64,000 nucleotides of DNA from Phototrophicaceae bacterium (GCA_965115865.1 OZ220469.1:586638-650637), one strand, 5' to 3'; positions 34,782-44,578 are shown, counted from the stretch's first letter. Numbers and translations are program-made. Notes: generated by a model from the letters alone, not told the origin.

Positions 34782-37145
34782 TTATCCTCCGTTGTTGGTT
34801 TGCATGGCCCGCCAAACGCGGCTGGCGGAAAGCGGCATGTCGATCTGTTCGACCCCGAGGGGCGCGAGGGCGTCGATGACCGCATTGTAGACGGTCGGCG
34901 TGCTGGCGATGGTGCCGGTTTCGCCGACGCCCTTGACGCCAATGGGATGATGCGGCGAGGGGGTTTCGGTATGCCCCAACTCGAGCATGGGGAACATATC
35001 GGCGCGCGGCAGCGCGTAGTCCAGCAGTGTGCCGGTGAGCAATTGCCCTTGGGAATCGTAGATGACACCTTCGCAAAGCGCTTGCCCGACCCCCTGGACG
35101 ATGCCACCATGGATTTGCCCGGCGACGATGGTGGGGTTGATTTGCGGGCCGCAATCATCCACGGCGACATAACGCTTCAATTCTACGGCGCCGCTCTCGG
35201 CGTCGATTTCCACGATGGCGATATGCGTGCCAAAGGGATAAACGAAATTGGGCGGGTCGTAGAATTGCGATTCCTCGAAGCCCGGGTCCATCCCTTCGGG
35301 TAGGTCCCAAGCCAGGGTGGTCATCAGCGTGACATCTTGGATGGTCTTGGCGTTATCCGGCGCGCCGCGCACAAAAAAGCGGCCATCTTCATACTCGATA
35401 TCCTCTGCCGAGGCTTCGAGGAGGTGGGCGGCCATGAGGCGCCCTTTTTCGCGCAGCTTGCGCGCGGCCTTGACGAGGGCGGCGCCGGTCACCGGCGTGG
35501 TGCGGCTGCCATAGGTGCCGAAACCCATCGGTGTGCGGTTGGTATCGCCGCTGACAATCTCGACATCCTCGACCGGGAAACCCAGCTCGCTGGCGATGAG
35601 TTGGGCGAAGGTCGTTTCTTCGCCTTGGCCATGTGGTGAAGTGCCGATGAGCGCTTGTACCTTACCGGATGGCGAAACGCGGATGATGGCGCTTTCCCAG
35701 AGACCGCCCTGGAAGCCGACAGCGCCGGCGACTTGGCTCGGCCCGAGTCCGCAAATTTCGCTATAGGTTGTCACGCCGATGCCCAAGTAACGCCCTTCGC
35801 GGCGTGCTTGTTTTTGCTCACGCCGGAATCCTTCATAATCGATCATCGTCAGCGCTTTATCCAGCGCCGCCTCGTAATTACCGCTATCGTAAGTGAGGCC
35901 GATGGCGACATCGTGCCCATCGCTGAAAGGCGGGATGAGGTTGATGCGGCGTAGCGCGACGGGGTCCATTCCCAATCCCTCGGCTGCCTTATCCATCAGC
36001 CGTTCGACGAGGAAGATCGCTTCTGGGCGACCAGCGCCACGATAGGCATCCACTGGCGTGGTGTTGGTGAAAACACCGATCGATTCGCAATAGATTTGTG
36101 GGAAGGTGTAGGCGCCGCTATACATCAGTCCATGTAGGATGGTGGGAATGCCCGGGCCGGCTGTGCTCAAATAAGCGCCCAACCCGGCGTAGACGGTGCC
36201 GCGGATACCGGCCACCTGGCCGTCGTTCATCACCGCCAGCTCCACATATTCCACATGGTCACGGCCGTGGATGGTGGCCAGGTAGTTCTCGGAGCGCGTC
36301 TCTGTCCATTTCACCGGGCGTCCTGTTTGTATAGCCGCCCAGGCGGCGAGCGCTTCATCAGCGTAGACGGGAATCTTGGAGCCGAAACCGCCGCCGACTT
36401 CCGGCGCGATGACGCGTACTTTATGTTCGGGGATGCCCGTCATGCCGCTGATGAGCAAGCGGTGGATATGCGGGTTTTGCGTTGTGCACCAGAGCGTGAG
36501 CTCTTCGGTGGCCCCGTTCCATTGCGCCAGGGCCGAGCGCGGCTCCATCGCTGTCGGTTGCAAGCGCTGCTGCACAATGCGCTCGCTGACCACAAGGTCA
36601 GCCCTGGCGAAAGCGGCATCCACCGCTGCCTTATCCCCGTTGGGAATCCAACGAAAGGCGATGTTGTTCGCGACTTCGTCGTGGATTTGCGGCGCGCCAG
36701 TCTTGGTGGCGTCTTCTGGGTTGACGACGGCGGGCAGTTCTTCATAATCGACGCGGACCAGCTCCGCGGCGTCTTGCGCGCGCGCGCGATCTTCAGCCAG
36801 GACGATGGCCACACCGTCACCGACATAACGAACCTTATCTTTGGCCAGGGCCGGGTGTTCGGGTGTCTTGAGGTCAGAATCGGGGATGAGCCAGGCGCAA
36901 GGGACAGCGCCGCAGCTGCAATCTTGCCCGGTATAGATGGCCACGACGCCGGGGGCGGCGGCCGCGGCATGGGTATCGATGCCGCGAATGCGGGCATGGG
37001 CGACCGGGCTGCGCACGACGGCCATATGCAGCGTCGCGGGCAATTTGATGTCATCGGTGTAGCGGGCGTTACCGCTGATGAGGCGCGGATCTTCGCGGCG
37101 GCGGATGCCCGAGCCAAAGATGCGCGTACTCGGCGAGGTGGTCAT
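34782..37145 (-). CDS. coxL: Mo-hydroxylase large (molybdopterin-binding) subunit, form II CoxL-like
   Basis: The active-site loop reads V-D-A-Y-R-G-A-G-R-P-E (form II AYRGAGR signature, not form I AYxCSFR). ATG 37145 overlaps the coxS stop as ATGA. Confidence 0.85.
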   Translation of the reverse strand: MTTSPSTRIFGSGIRRREDPRLISGNARYTDDIKLPATLHMAVVRSPVAHARIRGIDTHAAAAAPGVVAIYTGQDCSCGAVPCAWLIPDSDLKTPEHPALAKDKVRYVGDGVAIVLAEDRARAQDAAELVRVDYEELPAVVNPEDATKTGAPQIHDEVANNIAFRWIPNGDKAAVDAAFARADLVVSERIVQQRLQPTAMEPRSALAQWNGATEELTLWCTTQNPHIHRLLISGMTGIPEHKVRVIAPEVGGGFGSKIPVYADEALAAWAAIQTGRPVKWTETRSENYLATIHGRDHVEYVELAVMNDGQVAGIRGTVYAGLGAYLSTAGPGIPTILHGLMYSGAYTFPQIYCESIGVFTNTTPVDAYRGAGRPEAIFLVERLMDKAAEGLGMDPVALRRINLIPPFSDGHDVAIGLTYDSGNYEAALDKALTMIDYEGFRREQKQARREGRYLGIGVTTYSEICGLGPSQVAGAVGFQGGLWESAIIRVSPSGKVQALIGTSPHGQGEETTFAQLIASELGFPVEDVEIVSGDTNRTPMGFGTYGSRTTPVTGAALVKAARKLREKGRLMAAHLLEASAEDIEYEDGRFFVRGAPDNAKTIQDVTLMTTLAWDLPEGMDPGFEESQFYDPPNFVYPFGTHIAIVEIDAESGAVELKRYVAVDDCGPQINPTIVAGQIHGGIVQGVGQALCEGVIYDSQGQLLTGTLLDYALPRADMFPMLELGHTETPSPHHPIGVKGVGETGTIASTPTVYNAVIDALAPLGVEQIDMPLSASRVWRAMQTNNGG

Positions 37146-37606
37146 CAGTCTCCTCCATTGGCTGCCGCCTGAACCGCCTTGACAATGTTCTGGTAGCCGG
37201 TACAGCGGCAAATATTGCCTTCGAGATTGTGGCGGATTTCCGCTTCGCTAGGGTTGGCGTTGTCTTGCAAGAAAGCGGTGGAGGCCATGATCATACCCGG
37301 TGTGCAAAAGCCGCATTGCAAGCCATGGTTCTCCCAAAAGCTCTCTTGCATGGGGTGAAGGGTGCCATCTGACGCGAGGCCCTCAATGGTGGTGACCTCC
37401 ATGCCATCCGCTTGCACGGCGAGCATCGTACAAGATTTGAGCGCAACCCCATTCAGATGCACGGTGCAGGAACCGCACTGGCTGGTGTCGCAGCCGACTT
37501 TGGTCCCTGTCAGGTCCAACACTTCGCGTAGGAAATGCACCAGTAGTAGGCGTGGCTCGACAACGCGCTCGTGGGTCTTGCCGTTGACTGTGATGGATAC
37601 TTGCAT
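37145..37606 (-). CDS. coxS: Mo-hydroxylase small subunit, 2x[2Fe-2S]
   Basis: [10 protein letters not shown] and C-G-F-C-T-P-G...C-R-C-T-G-Y cluster motifs. ATG 37606 with SD GGGAGGA 8 nt upstream. Confidence 0.9.
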   Translation of the reverse strand: MQVSITVNGKTHERVVEPRLLLVHFLREVLDLTGTKVGCDTSQCGSCTVHLNGVALKSCTMLAVQADGMEVTTIEGLASDGTLHPMQESFWENHGLQCGFCTPGMIMASTAFLQDNANPSEAEIRHNLEGNICRCTGYQNIVKAVQAAANGGD

Positions 37607-37639
37607 ATTCAAATTCCTCCCTTGTGTTTCGCTAGTTGG

Positions 37640-38092
37640 TCATCCGTTGCGCTGGGAGATTTCTTCTGCCAGCGTGGCGAAAAAACGCTTGCTCAGCATA
37701 TTGGCCGTCGCCGGGATTAGGCGTTGGCCGACGCGCGCGAGCAAGCCACTGACCTGAATTTCGGCGCCCCATAACAAGTTCGTGCCCGCGGCGTTTTCGT
37801 TGAGCGTAACCGCGACCTCCCCCTGTATTCGGCTGTTTTGCCCTTCGCCGCTTACGGCCATGCGATAACTGCTGGGCGGCTCCAACTCGCTCAGGCGCAG
37901 CTCGCCATCGTAGGTGCCGCCGATGGCGGCGACTTGCAACTTGGCACGGGCACGGTAGGCATTTTCTTCACCGTCAATGGGCTCGAGTGCCTCGACGCCG
38001 GGCAAGGCGCGGGCGATAGCGCTCGGGTCATGCAAAACTCCCCAGACCACCAGTGGCTTCGCTGCAAAATTGTATTGCCCTTTGAGCTGCAT
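37640..38092 (-). CDS. coxG: CoxG-like SRPBCC protein
   Basis: M-Q-L-K-G-Q-Y-N-F-A-A-K-P-L-V-V-W N-terminus typical of CoxG. The upstream TTG of the ORF track (38158) coincides with a -35 box, so ATG 38092 was chosen. Confidence 0.75.
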   Translation of the reverse strand: MQLKGQYNFAAKPLVVWGVLHDPSAIARALPGVEALEPIDGEENAYRARAKLQVAAIGGTYDGELRLSELEPPSSYRMAVSGEGQNSRIQGEVAVTLNENAAGTNLLWGAEIQVSGLLARVGQRLIPATANMLSKRFFATLAEEISQRNG

Positions 38093-38129
38093 GAAATTGC
38101 CTGACCGTCTTCCCTTCACCCAACGGTCG

Positions 38130-38158
38130 AGTATACCCATGAACAATGACAAGTCCAA
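38130..38158 (-). promoter_or_regulatory. Sigma-70-like promoter TTGGAC-N17-TATACT for coxG-S-L-M
   Basis: On the minus strand, TTGGAC is at 38158..38153 and TATACT at 38135..38130. There is a 37-nt leader to ATG 38092. Confidence 0.5.
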
Positions 38159-38244
38159 ATTGTTGGCCGCTCGCCATCTTGCCCCCTTTCAGCGCAACCA
38201 GCCGTTTTGCATATGCTGGGATGGAGGCAAGCTAGCGGGTATTC

Positions 38245-41200
38245 ATGAGCGACAATCGCGATTGGAATTTGGATAATTTGGATGATGAAGAGTTGGAGCG
38301 TGAACCATTCGAGGACGATGGGGTTTTCGTGAGTGATGAGGATGGGTTTGGGGAGGAAAGCGAGGGAGATGAAGAGGAGGTAGCGCCAATTCGGCCGCCG
38401 CCGCGCCCCTTCCGAGCGATGGAGCGCCCGCGCACGCAGGATTCCACATCGGCGCTGAGTAAAGATAACGCGCGCGCGGAGGATTCCGCATCGGCGCTGA
38501 ACCCGGCCAACGCGCGGGAAGTTGCGGCGCCCCGCGAAACACCTCGCCGCGCGCCGGTCGCGCCGCGCTCTGCCGACAGTTCAGCCCGCGACGATGGCAT
38601 CATCCAATTGCCGCAGACCGTGCGCGCCACGGATACCCTTGCTGGCGGCGGCGCGAATCGCGTTCCCGCGGCGCCCGCCGCTCCGCAACCGTCGGAGAGC
38701 CGCCCTGGAAAACGATCGCGATTGGCGCTGCTGAGCATTCGCCGTCCGCGCCCCTCTTTACCCCGCATCGCATTACCGCGGCCGCGCCTCCCGCGCCCCG
38801 CTTGGCCGCGTTTTCTGCAACGGCGGCGCCCGGGCGCTGCGGAGGCGGCGATAGCCCCCGCTCGTGAGGACTCCGCTCGCCCTCGTCGCTCGCAACCAGA
38901 GCCCTCGCTCTTTTTCCGTTGGTTGGATCGTCTTAAAGGGCGGGGAGAGGGCCGTCGCCGCGGCGCTCGTCGCCGCCAAAGGCGCCCGCGTTTGGTTGCC
39001 GCTGGGCTGAGCCTCGACGATAAGTTGGATATCCTGGGCGTGTTTCTCGTCATCGCTTCCGCAGTATTGGTATTGAGCGCGCTCTCGGCCGACCCCGGCG
39101 CACTCATTGGCCCAATTAACGATTTCCTCGGCCGCTTATTGGGCCAGGGCGCCCTCGCTGTGCCCATCACCATGTTTGCGCTCGGCGTTTGGCTCATCTT
39201 GCGCTATTTTGGCGACGGTGCGCCGCTGATGGATTTGTGGCGCGGCAGTGGCGCCCTGCTGGTCTACCTCAGCGCACTCGTCATTTTGCAGATCTTCGAG
39301 ACCTTCACGGCCGCTTATCGGGATGTTTCCCTGTCGGAACCGCAGACGCTTCGCTTGCCTTTGGAATTAACCTGGACGCTCAAACGAGCGGGAGGATGGC
39401 TGGGTGCTGAGCTCTACTGGCTGCTGGTGACGACAGTTGGCGAGCTGGGTTCCATCTTGGTCCTGGCCGGGGTGGCCTTGCTCGGTTTGCGCTTCATGAC
39501 GGGGGTGAGCACCTATGAAATGGCGCGTTGGAGTCTGGGTCTTTGGCGGCGCGTGGCGGAAAAACGGGCCGCGCGCCATGAAGAGCGGCAGGCCGCCCGT
39601 GCAGAACGCGAGAGAGAAGCGGCCGAACGCCTGGCGCAGCGAGAAAAAATCGCAGCCGCTCAGGCGGCGCGCCGTGAGCGTGAAGCAGCCTTGATGGAAA
39701 ACGTGGCGCCGGCCACGACACCGCCGCCGCCACCCGAGCCCATTCCCCAATCTGCCCTGAGCGTTGCCGGCCCAGCGTTGTCGGCAACGCCGCCGCCTGA
39801 AGTTGCCGATCTCCCCGAGCCAAAGCGGGATGCGGACCCTTCCCCCTGGCGTCTCCCCGAGTACAAAGAGATGCTCAGCGGCGGTGGCGAACCAGCGCTC
39901 GAAAGAGAGGTGTTGCGTGAGCGTGCGCAAATCATCGAGGATACGCTGCGCAGCTTCGGCGCACCAGGGCGCGTCGTCGCCATCAACAGCGGCCCGGTCA
40001 TCACCCAATTCGGTGTCAAGCCCTTGCATTGGGAGCAGCGTTCCGGCAAGCGCAGCCGTGTTAAAGTGGGCGCCATCGCCCAGTTGGAAAAGGATATCCA
40101 ATTGGCGCTCGGCGCGCGCACCATCCGTGTGGAGGCGCCCGTTCCCGGCAAGGGTTATGTGGGTGTCGAGGTACCCAATAAGACCGCCGCTCTGGTCAGT
40201 CTGCGGGATGTGTTGGATTCCGATACTTTCCGCCGCGTGAAATCGCCGCTGGCCATCGCGCTTGGCCAGCGCGTCGATGGTCGTCCGGTGGTCGCTGATT
40301 TGGTCCGCATGCCGCATCTACTCATCGCCGGCACGACGGGCTCTGGCAAATCGGTCTGTGTGAACGCCATCATCAACAGCATCTTACTGCGCAACGCGCC
40401 GCAACAAGTGCGTTTCCTGATGGTCGACCCCAAACGCGTCGAGCTGACGGGCTACAACGGCCTACCGCACCTGCTCGCGCCCGTCGTCGTCGAGATGGAA
40501 CGCACCGTGGCGATGCTCCGTTGGGTGGCCGCGGAGATGGATCAGCGTTACCAGCGTTTCAGCCAGAAAGGCGCGCGGGACATCGTCGATTACAATGAGC
40601 AACTGGACGCCGGCGCCGAGTCTCTGCCTTATATCATCGTCATCATCGACGAGTTGGCCGACCTGATGATGACCGCGCCCGATATCACAGAGCGCCTCAT
40701 CACGCGCATCGCTGCCCTAGCTCGTGCCACCGGCATCCACCTGGTCATCGCCACGCAACGGCCCTCGGTTGATGTGGTCACCGGTTTGATTAAGGCCAAT
40801 TTTCCAGCGCGCATTGCTTTTGCAGTCGCCAGTGGTGTGGATTCGCGTGTGGTGTTGGATCAGCCAGGCGCTGAGCGACTGCTCGGGCGCGGTGATATGC
40901 TTTTTCAGAGCGGGGAAGCGCCGGCACCATTGCGCATGCAGGGTGTCTTCGTTTCCGATAGCGAAATCGAGAAAATTCTCGCTTTTTGGCGTGAACAGGG
41001 GCGGGCGCCATTGGGTCCGACGGGGCTAGAATCGGCTGCGCCGCCCGCCATCCCCACGGCACAAACGGCGATTTGGGTGGAGCCGGATGCTGTGGATGAG
41101 GAAGAACAGCTTTATGAACAGGCAGTGGCATTGGTGCAACGGCTGAAGCGCGCTTCGGTCTCGCTGCTGCAGCGGCGCATGCGGATTGGCTACAATCGCT

Positions 41201-41304
41201 CCGCGCGCCTGATCGACCGCATGGAGGCCGAGGGTATCATCGGCCCACCGACGGAAGGTAGCAAGCCGCGCGCTGTGCTCAAATTGCCAGAAGAAGTCGC
41301 TTGA
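38245..41304 (+). CDS. ftsK: DNA translocase FtsK/SpoIIIE with a long charged N-terminal extension
   Basis: About 260 aa of acidic then Arg/Pro-rich low-complexity sequence, followed by 4 TM segments and a linker. Motor domain with Walker A A-G-T-T-G-S-G-K-S and Walker B I-I-I-D-E-L-A-D-L. C-terminal gamma wHTH (S.S.LQRR.RIGY.R.ARL.D.ME). Confidence 0.9.
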   Translation: MSDNRDWNLDNLDDEELEREPFEDDGVFVSDEDGFGEESEGDEEEVAPIRPPPRPFRAMERPRTQDSTSALSKDNARAEDSASALNPANAREVAAPRETPRRAPVAPRSADSSARDDGIIQLPQTVRATDTLAGGGANRVPAAPAAPQPSESRPGKRSRLALLSIRRPRPSLPRIALPRPRLPRPAWPRFLQRRRPGAAEAAIAPAREDSARPRRSQPEPSLFFRWLDRLKGRGEGRRRGARRRQRRPRLVAAGLSLDDKLDILGVFLVIASAVLVLSALSADPGALIGPINDFLGRLLGQGALAVPITMFALGVWLILRYFGDGAPLMDLWRGSGALLVYLSALVILQIFETFTAAYRDVSLSEPQTLRLPLELTWTLKRAGGWLGAELYWLLVTTVGELGSILVLAGVALLGLRFMTGVSTYEMARWSLGLWRRVAEKRAARHEERQAARAEREREAAERLAQREKIAAAQAARREREAALMENVAPATTPPPPPEPIPQSALSVAGPALSATPPPEVADLPEPKRDADPSPWRLPEYKEMLSGGGEPALEREVLRERAQIIEDTLRSFGAPGRVVAINSGPVITQFGVKPLHWEQRSGKRSRVKVGAIAQLEKDIQLALGARTIRVEAPVPGKGYVGVEVPNKTAALVSLRDVLDSDTFRRVKSPLAIALGQRVDGRPVVADLVRMPHLLIAGTTGSGKSVCVNAIINSILLRNAPQQVRFLMVDPKRVELTGYNGLPHLLAPVVVEMERTVAMLRWVAAEMDQRYQRFSQKGARDIVDYNEQLDAGAESLPYIIVIIDELADLMMTAPDITERLITRIAALARATGIHLVIATQRPSVDVVTGLIKANFPARIAFAVASGVDSRVVLDQPGAERLLGRGDMLFQSGEAPAPLRMQGVFVSDSEIEKILAFWREQGRAPLGPTGLESAAPPAIPTAQTAIWVEPDAVDEEEQLYEQAVALVQRLKRASVSLLQRRMRIGYNRSARLIDRMEAEGIIGPPTEGSKPRAVLKLPEEVA
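38439..38522 (+). repeat. Two tandem 42-nt (14-codon) repeats inside the ftsK N-terminal extension
   Basis: GGATTCCACATCGGCGCTGA (38439-38458) and GGATTCCGCATCGGCGCTGA (38481-38500) differ at 1 of 20 positions. They encode QDSTSALSKDNARA and EDSASALNPANARE. Confidence 0.6.
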
Positions 41305-41398
41305 GTTTGCTGCCTTGCTGGGGCGGCGGGCGCAGGAGAAATGGACCGTATGAATCCTGAAATCACGGCGCGTTTACTACGATGAACGAGCGCGGCGC

Positions 41399-42550
41399 AT
41401 GAAACATTTTGACACCCTCATCATCGGTGGTGGTATCGTCGGCGCCGCCTGCGCTTACGAATGCGCCATCGCTGGCCAACGGACACTCTTGTTGGATCGC
41501 GCTGACCGTGGTCGGGCGACGGACGCCGGTGCCGGTATCATCAGCCCCATCAGCACTCGCCCCGAATGGCCCGCGGCGCTTTACGCGCTGGCGCGGGCGG
41601 CCGCCGAGCATTACCCACCCCTCGTCGCGGCGCTGGAAAAGCGCGGTCATGGCGATATCGGTTATGCGCCCTGTGGCATGCTACTGGTCGCCAGCGATGA
41701 AGACGAGCTGATGCCCTTTCAGAATGCGGCGCGCGCTTTCCAAGAACGGTTGGCGGAAGGGGATTTCCGCTCCGAAGATTACGCCCGCATTTCCACGACT
41801 GCGGCGCGCGCGCTTTTCCCGCCCATCCGGTCGCCACTCGGGGTTTTGCATGACCGCTTGGCGGCGCGTGTCGATGGGCGCAAGATGACGCAAGCCTTGC
41901 GCTTGGCGGCGGAATCGCTGGGCGTGATTTGGCGAATGGTGGATGTGCGGCGGTTGCTGTTGGCGTCGGATGGCACGGTTGCTGGCGCAGAAACGAATGG
42001 CGAAAACTTCCTTGCGGGCCGTACCATCATCGCGGGTGGTGCCTGGTCGGCCGATTTCGGCGAACAACTGCAACTGCATTTGCCCATCGTGCCACAGCGC
42101 GGGCAGATTGCCCATCTGCAATTGGCGGAAGAATCGGTCCCGGAGACGGCGGATTGGCCGATAGTGGGCGGTTTCCGCGGGCATTATCTGGTCCCTTGGC
42201 CGGATCGGCGCGTGGTGGTCGGCGCGACGCGTGAAACGGGCACTGGTTTCGATTGGCGACAGACGGCGGCCGGCACGGCCGAGGTCTTGCGCGAGGCCTT
42301 GCGCCTCGCCCCCGGCCTGGGAGAGGCGAGCTTCCTGGAGATGCGTATCGGTTTTCGCCCGTTGTCGGCAGATGGGCTGCCCATTCTTGGGGCAGTCCCC
42401 AGACAGCCGCGCCTATTCTTGGCCACCGGGCATGGCCCCTCCGGCTTGCATTTGGGTCCTTATAGCGCCCAGCTGGCGGCGCGCTGGGCGGGCGGGGACA
42501 GTTTGGCTGATACGCTGGCGCCTTTCGGTGTCGAGCGTTTCACCGCCTGA
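41399..42550 (+). CDS. FAD-dependent oxidoreductase (DAO family; glycine/D-amino-acid oxidase-like)
   Basis: Dinucleotide fold D-T-L-I-I-G-G-G-I-V-G-A-A-C-A-Y-E at the N-terminus. About 383 aa, with a typical DAO C-terminal G-H-G-P-S-G. Confidence 0.75.
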   Translation: MKHFDTLIIGGGIVGAACAYECAIAGQRTLLLDRADRGRATDAGAGIISPISTRPEWPAALYALARAAAEHYPPLVAALEKRGHGDIGYAPCGMLLVASDEDELMPFQNAARAFQERLAEGDFRSEDYARISTTAARALFPPIRSPLGVLHDRLAARVDGRKMTQALRLAAESLGVIWRMVDVRRLLLASDGTVAGAETNGENFLAGRTIIAGGAWSADFGEQLQLHLPIVPQRGQIAHLQLAEESVPETADWPIVGGFRGHYLVPWPDRRVVVGATRETGTGFDWRQTAAGTAEVLREALRLAPGLGEASFLEMRIGFRPLSADGLPILGAVPRQPRLFLATGHGPSGLHLGPYSAQLAARWAGGDSLADTLAPFGVERFTA

Positions 42551-42574
42551 GCGAGGTGACGATTCTCCCCAATT

Positions 42575-43324
42575 TCATCCCTCGGGAATGGCGGTGGCGA
42601 AGCGGCTCTCCAATTCGTTGAGCAAGGAGGCGCGCAGCCTCTCGCCGAAATCTTCCGCGAATAGACGCGTGCCATGTGCAGAGCCAGCGAGCAACCAAAG
42701 GCGCAATTCGCTCGTGCCGCTTGCCGCCAAGCGCAGTACTGAAGCGGCGCTATTGGTATCGCCGCGCGCCGCGACCAACATGGCGGGAGAGGTTTTGCTC
42801 TGCAAAGATTGCGCGGGGCGGAGACCACGGTAATCCCAACCGGGCGAGAGGGCGATGGCGCCGCGACAATTCTCCCATTCCGCACAACCGATGAGGGCCA
42901 AATTGGCGCCAATGCTCGCGCCGGCGACCGCCATGTTCTCCGTTTGGACCGAGGGTCGCCCAGCGAGCCATTCCCACCATTCGGCGAGGTCCGCTTGTGC
43001 CAGCGCCCAATCCTGCGCACCCGCGCTCTCGCCATGTCCGCGCAAGTCCACCGCCAAGGCGTGGATGCCCGCGCTCGCCAAATCGTGCATGAAAGCACGC
43101 CAATCGATTGCGCTGCCGTTGAGCATATGCAGCAATAGCACAGCGGGCGCCGGCCCATCGCTGGCGGCGGGCAGCCAATAGCCGACCAGCAGGGCGCGGT
43201 CCGCGGCGAAGAGGTTCACTTTCATGAGGGTGGGGTCGGCTTGCGCGTGTGCGCCTGGCCCGGTATGCCCCCCGATGAAGAGCGAGAGCAGCAGTGCTGA
43301 TGAGATCATCCAGCGAAAGCGCAT
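42575..43324 (-). CDS. Secreted alpha/beta hydrolase
   Basis: Signal peptide, H-G-E-S, and nucleophile elbow G-A-S-I-G. ATG 43324 with SD AAGGAGAG and a TGTTACACT promoter upstream. Confidence 0.65.
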   Translation of the reverse strand: MRFRWMISSALLLSLFIGGHTGPGAHAQADPTLMKVNLFAADRALLVGYWLPAASDGPAPAVLLLHMLNGSAIDWRAFMHDLASAGIHALAVDLRGHGESAGAQDWALAQADLAEWWEWLAGRPSVQTENMAVAGASIGANLALIGCAEWENCRGAIALSPGWDYRGLRPAQSLQSKTSPAMLVAARGDTNSAASVLRLAASGTSELRLWLLAGSAHGTRLFAEDFGERLRASLLNELESRFATAIPEG

Positions 43325-43362
43325 GGGCTCTCCTTTTCTTCCATCTTCCTTCTTTTCCGCGC

Positions 43363-43371
43363 AGTGTAACA
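43363..43371 (-). promoter_or_regulatory. Extended -10 promoter element TGTTACACT upstream of the alpha/beta hydrolase gene
   Basis: The minus strand reads GGAATGTTACACTGCGCGGAAAAGAAGGAAG...AAGGAGAGCCCATG. Confidence 0.4.
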
Positions 43372-43390
43372 TTCCCTGAGCGCAGGCCGC

Positions 43391-43396
43391 TATCAT
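43391..43396 (+). promoter_or_regulatory. Candidate -10 box TATCAT, 8 nt upstream of ATG 43405
   Basis: GCTATCATAGATGACGATG. It lies 2 nt from ATG 43399 and 8 nt from ATG 43405. Confidence 0.3.
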
Positions 43397-43398
43397 AG

Positions 43399-44568
43399 AT
43401 GACGATGTTCCGTCTCCTATTTTTTGCCATTTTGGCGATATTCTTCATCGGCTGGGGCGGTCGCGGCGCGGCGCAGTCGCCGCCCGGCAACCCGCCCCCC
43501 TACGCGCACGCGCCGCCGCTCGAAAGCCCGCAAAGCGGTTGGAGCTGTGGCGAATTCCCTTGCGCCGATGACCTGGCCGGTTTCCTCGAACGCATTCGCG
43601 TCCCGGTTGGTTATCAGTTGGAACACCTGGGGCGTTTCCCTGGGCAGGTGCAGCAAATTGCCTATGGACCGGATGGCCGTCTCCATGCGACCGTGCTGGA
43701 AGAGGGCAGGGCCTATGGGGCCGTCTATACGCTCGGAGAAAAGGCGCAGCCGGAGCGTTATCCGGCCCTTTTCTTTTCGCCGATCGGCATCGCCGCGCAC
43801 CCGGATGACGGCAATCTCTACATCGCCGCGCGTGTGAGTGAGGCGGCGAGCGCGGTTTGGCGTCTGCGGGAAGGTCTACCACCGCAACTCATCCGCGATG
43901 ATTTGCCTTGTTGTTTCCAATTCCCAGGGAACCAAGCGAATGGGATGGCCTTTGATGCCCAGGGTCGGCTCCATATCGGTGTGGGCGCGCGCAGCGACCA
44001 TGGCGAAAGCGAGGAAGCCCTCATGGACGAGGAGGCGGCTTTATTGCGAATCGACCTGGAAACGGGAAAAAGTGAAATCTTGGCGCGTGGTTTGCGCAAT
44101 CCTTACGACATCGCCCTGGCGGCCAATGGGCAAATCTACGCCACCGACCAGGGTCTGCTATCCGGCCCTGGCGACCGCGTACTCGCGATTGAAGAGGGCG
44201 CACACTACGGATGGCCCTATTGGCGTTGGTTGGGTTGTGTGGTCTGCCCGCCGCGACCCTGGGGCTTGGAAATCCGTGAAGACGGCTTCAATTTGCCGCC
44301 CTATACCTTGCCGCGCGGCATCGCTGTCTATGACGGTGTGCAATTCCCCCGCAACCTATTGGGGAGCGTCTTCGTGGCGCTTTGGCACAACGCGGAGTCC
44401 GGGCAGCGCATCCTGCGCTTGGACGCGCGATTGAAGATGGCCGAGACCTTCGTCAGCGGCCTGATGCGCCCGAGCGATGTCGTCGTTGCGCCGGATGGGA
44501 CGCTGGTCATCGCCGATACCATCTATGGTGATGTTTGGCGCGTGCGTTATGTCGGCTTTATTGATTGA
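43399..44568 (+). CDS. PQQ-dependent sugar (glucose/sorbosone) dehydrogenase-like beta-propeller
   Basis: Signal peptide. G-L-R-N-P-Y-D-I-A-L-A-A-N-G-Q-I-Y-A-T-D-Q-G and other propeller blades. Alternative ATG at 43405, 8 nt after TATCAT. Confidence 0.6.
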   Translation: MTMFRLLFFAILAIFFIGWGGRGAAQSPPGNPPPYAHAPPLESPQSGWSCGEFPCADDLAGFLERIRVPVGYQLEHLGRFPGQVQQIAYGPDGRLHATVLEEGRAYGAVYTLGEKAQPERYPALFFSPIGIAAHPDDGNLYIAARVSEAASAVWRLREGLPPQLIRDDLPCCFQFPGNQANGMAFDAQGRLHIGVGARSDHGESEEALMDEEAALLRIDLETGKSEILARGLRNPYDIALAANGQIYATDQGLLSGPGDRVLAIEEGAHYGWPYWRWLGCVVCPPRPWGLEIREDGFNLPPYTLPRGIAVYDGVQFPRNLLGSVFVALWHNAESGQRILRLDARLKMAETFVSGLMRPSDVVVAPDGTLVIADTIYGDVWRVRYVGFID

Positions 44569-44578
44569 GGCGATTTAT

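Noticed and set aside
34263-35303. Long antisense ORFs opposite real genes. Examples: 34263-35303 (+) and 36255-37172 (+) opposite coxM/coxL, 13076-14032 (-) opposite GT2/aguA, 16387-17265 (-) opposite recO, 38232-39197 (-) opposite ftsK, and 42750-43490 (-).
   Set aside because: These are typical high-GC shadow ORFs. They are Arg/Ala/Pro/Gly-rich, have no motifs, and always lie opposite a gene with clear family signatures.
38093-38158. N-terminal extensions proposed by the ORF track. Examples: coxG from TTG 38158, coxM from 35170, the TolB-like gene from 10587, the metallophosphoesterase from 45376, the GT2 gene from 12731, and the moeA-like gene from 30681.
   Set aside because: The extensions would translate promoter elements or overlap upstream genes by 60-390 nt. 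Family-typical N-termini and SD or -10 signals support the internal starts.
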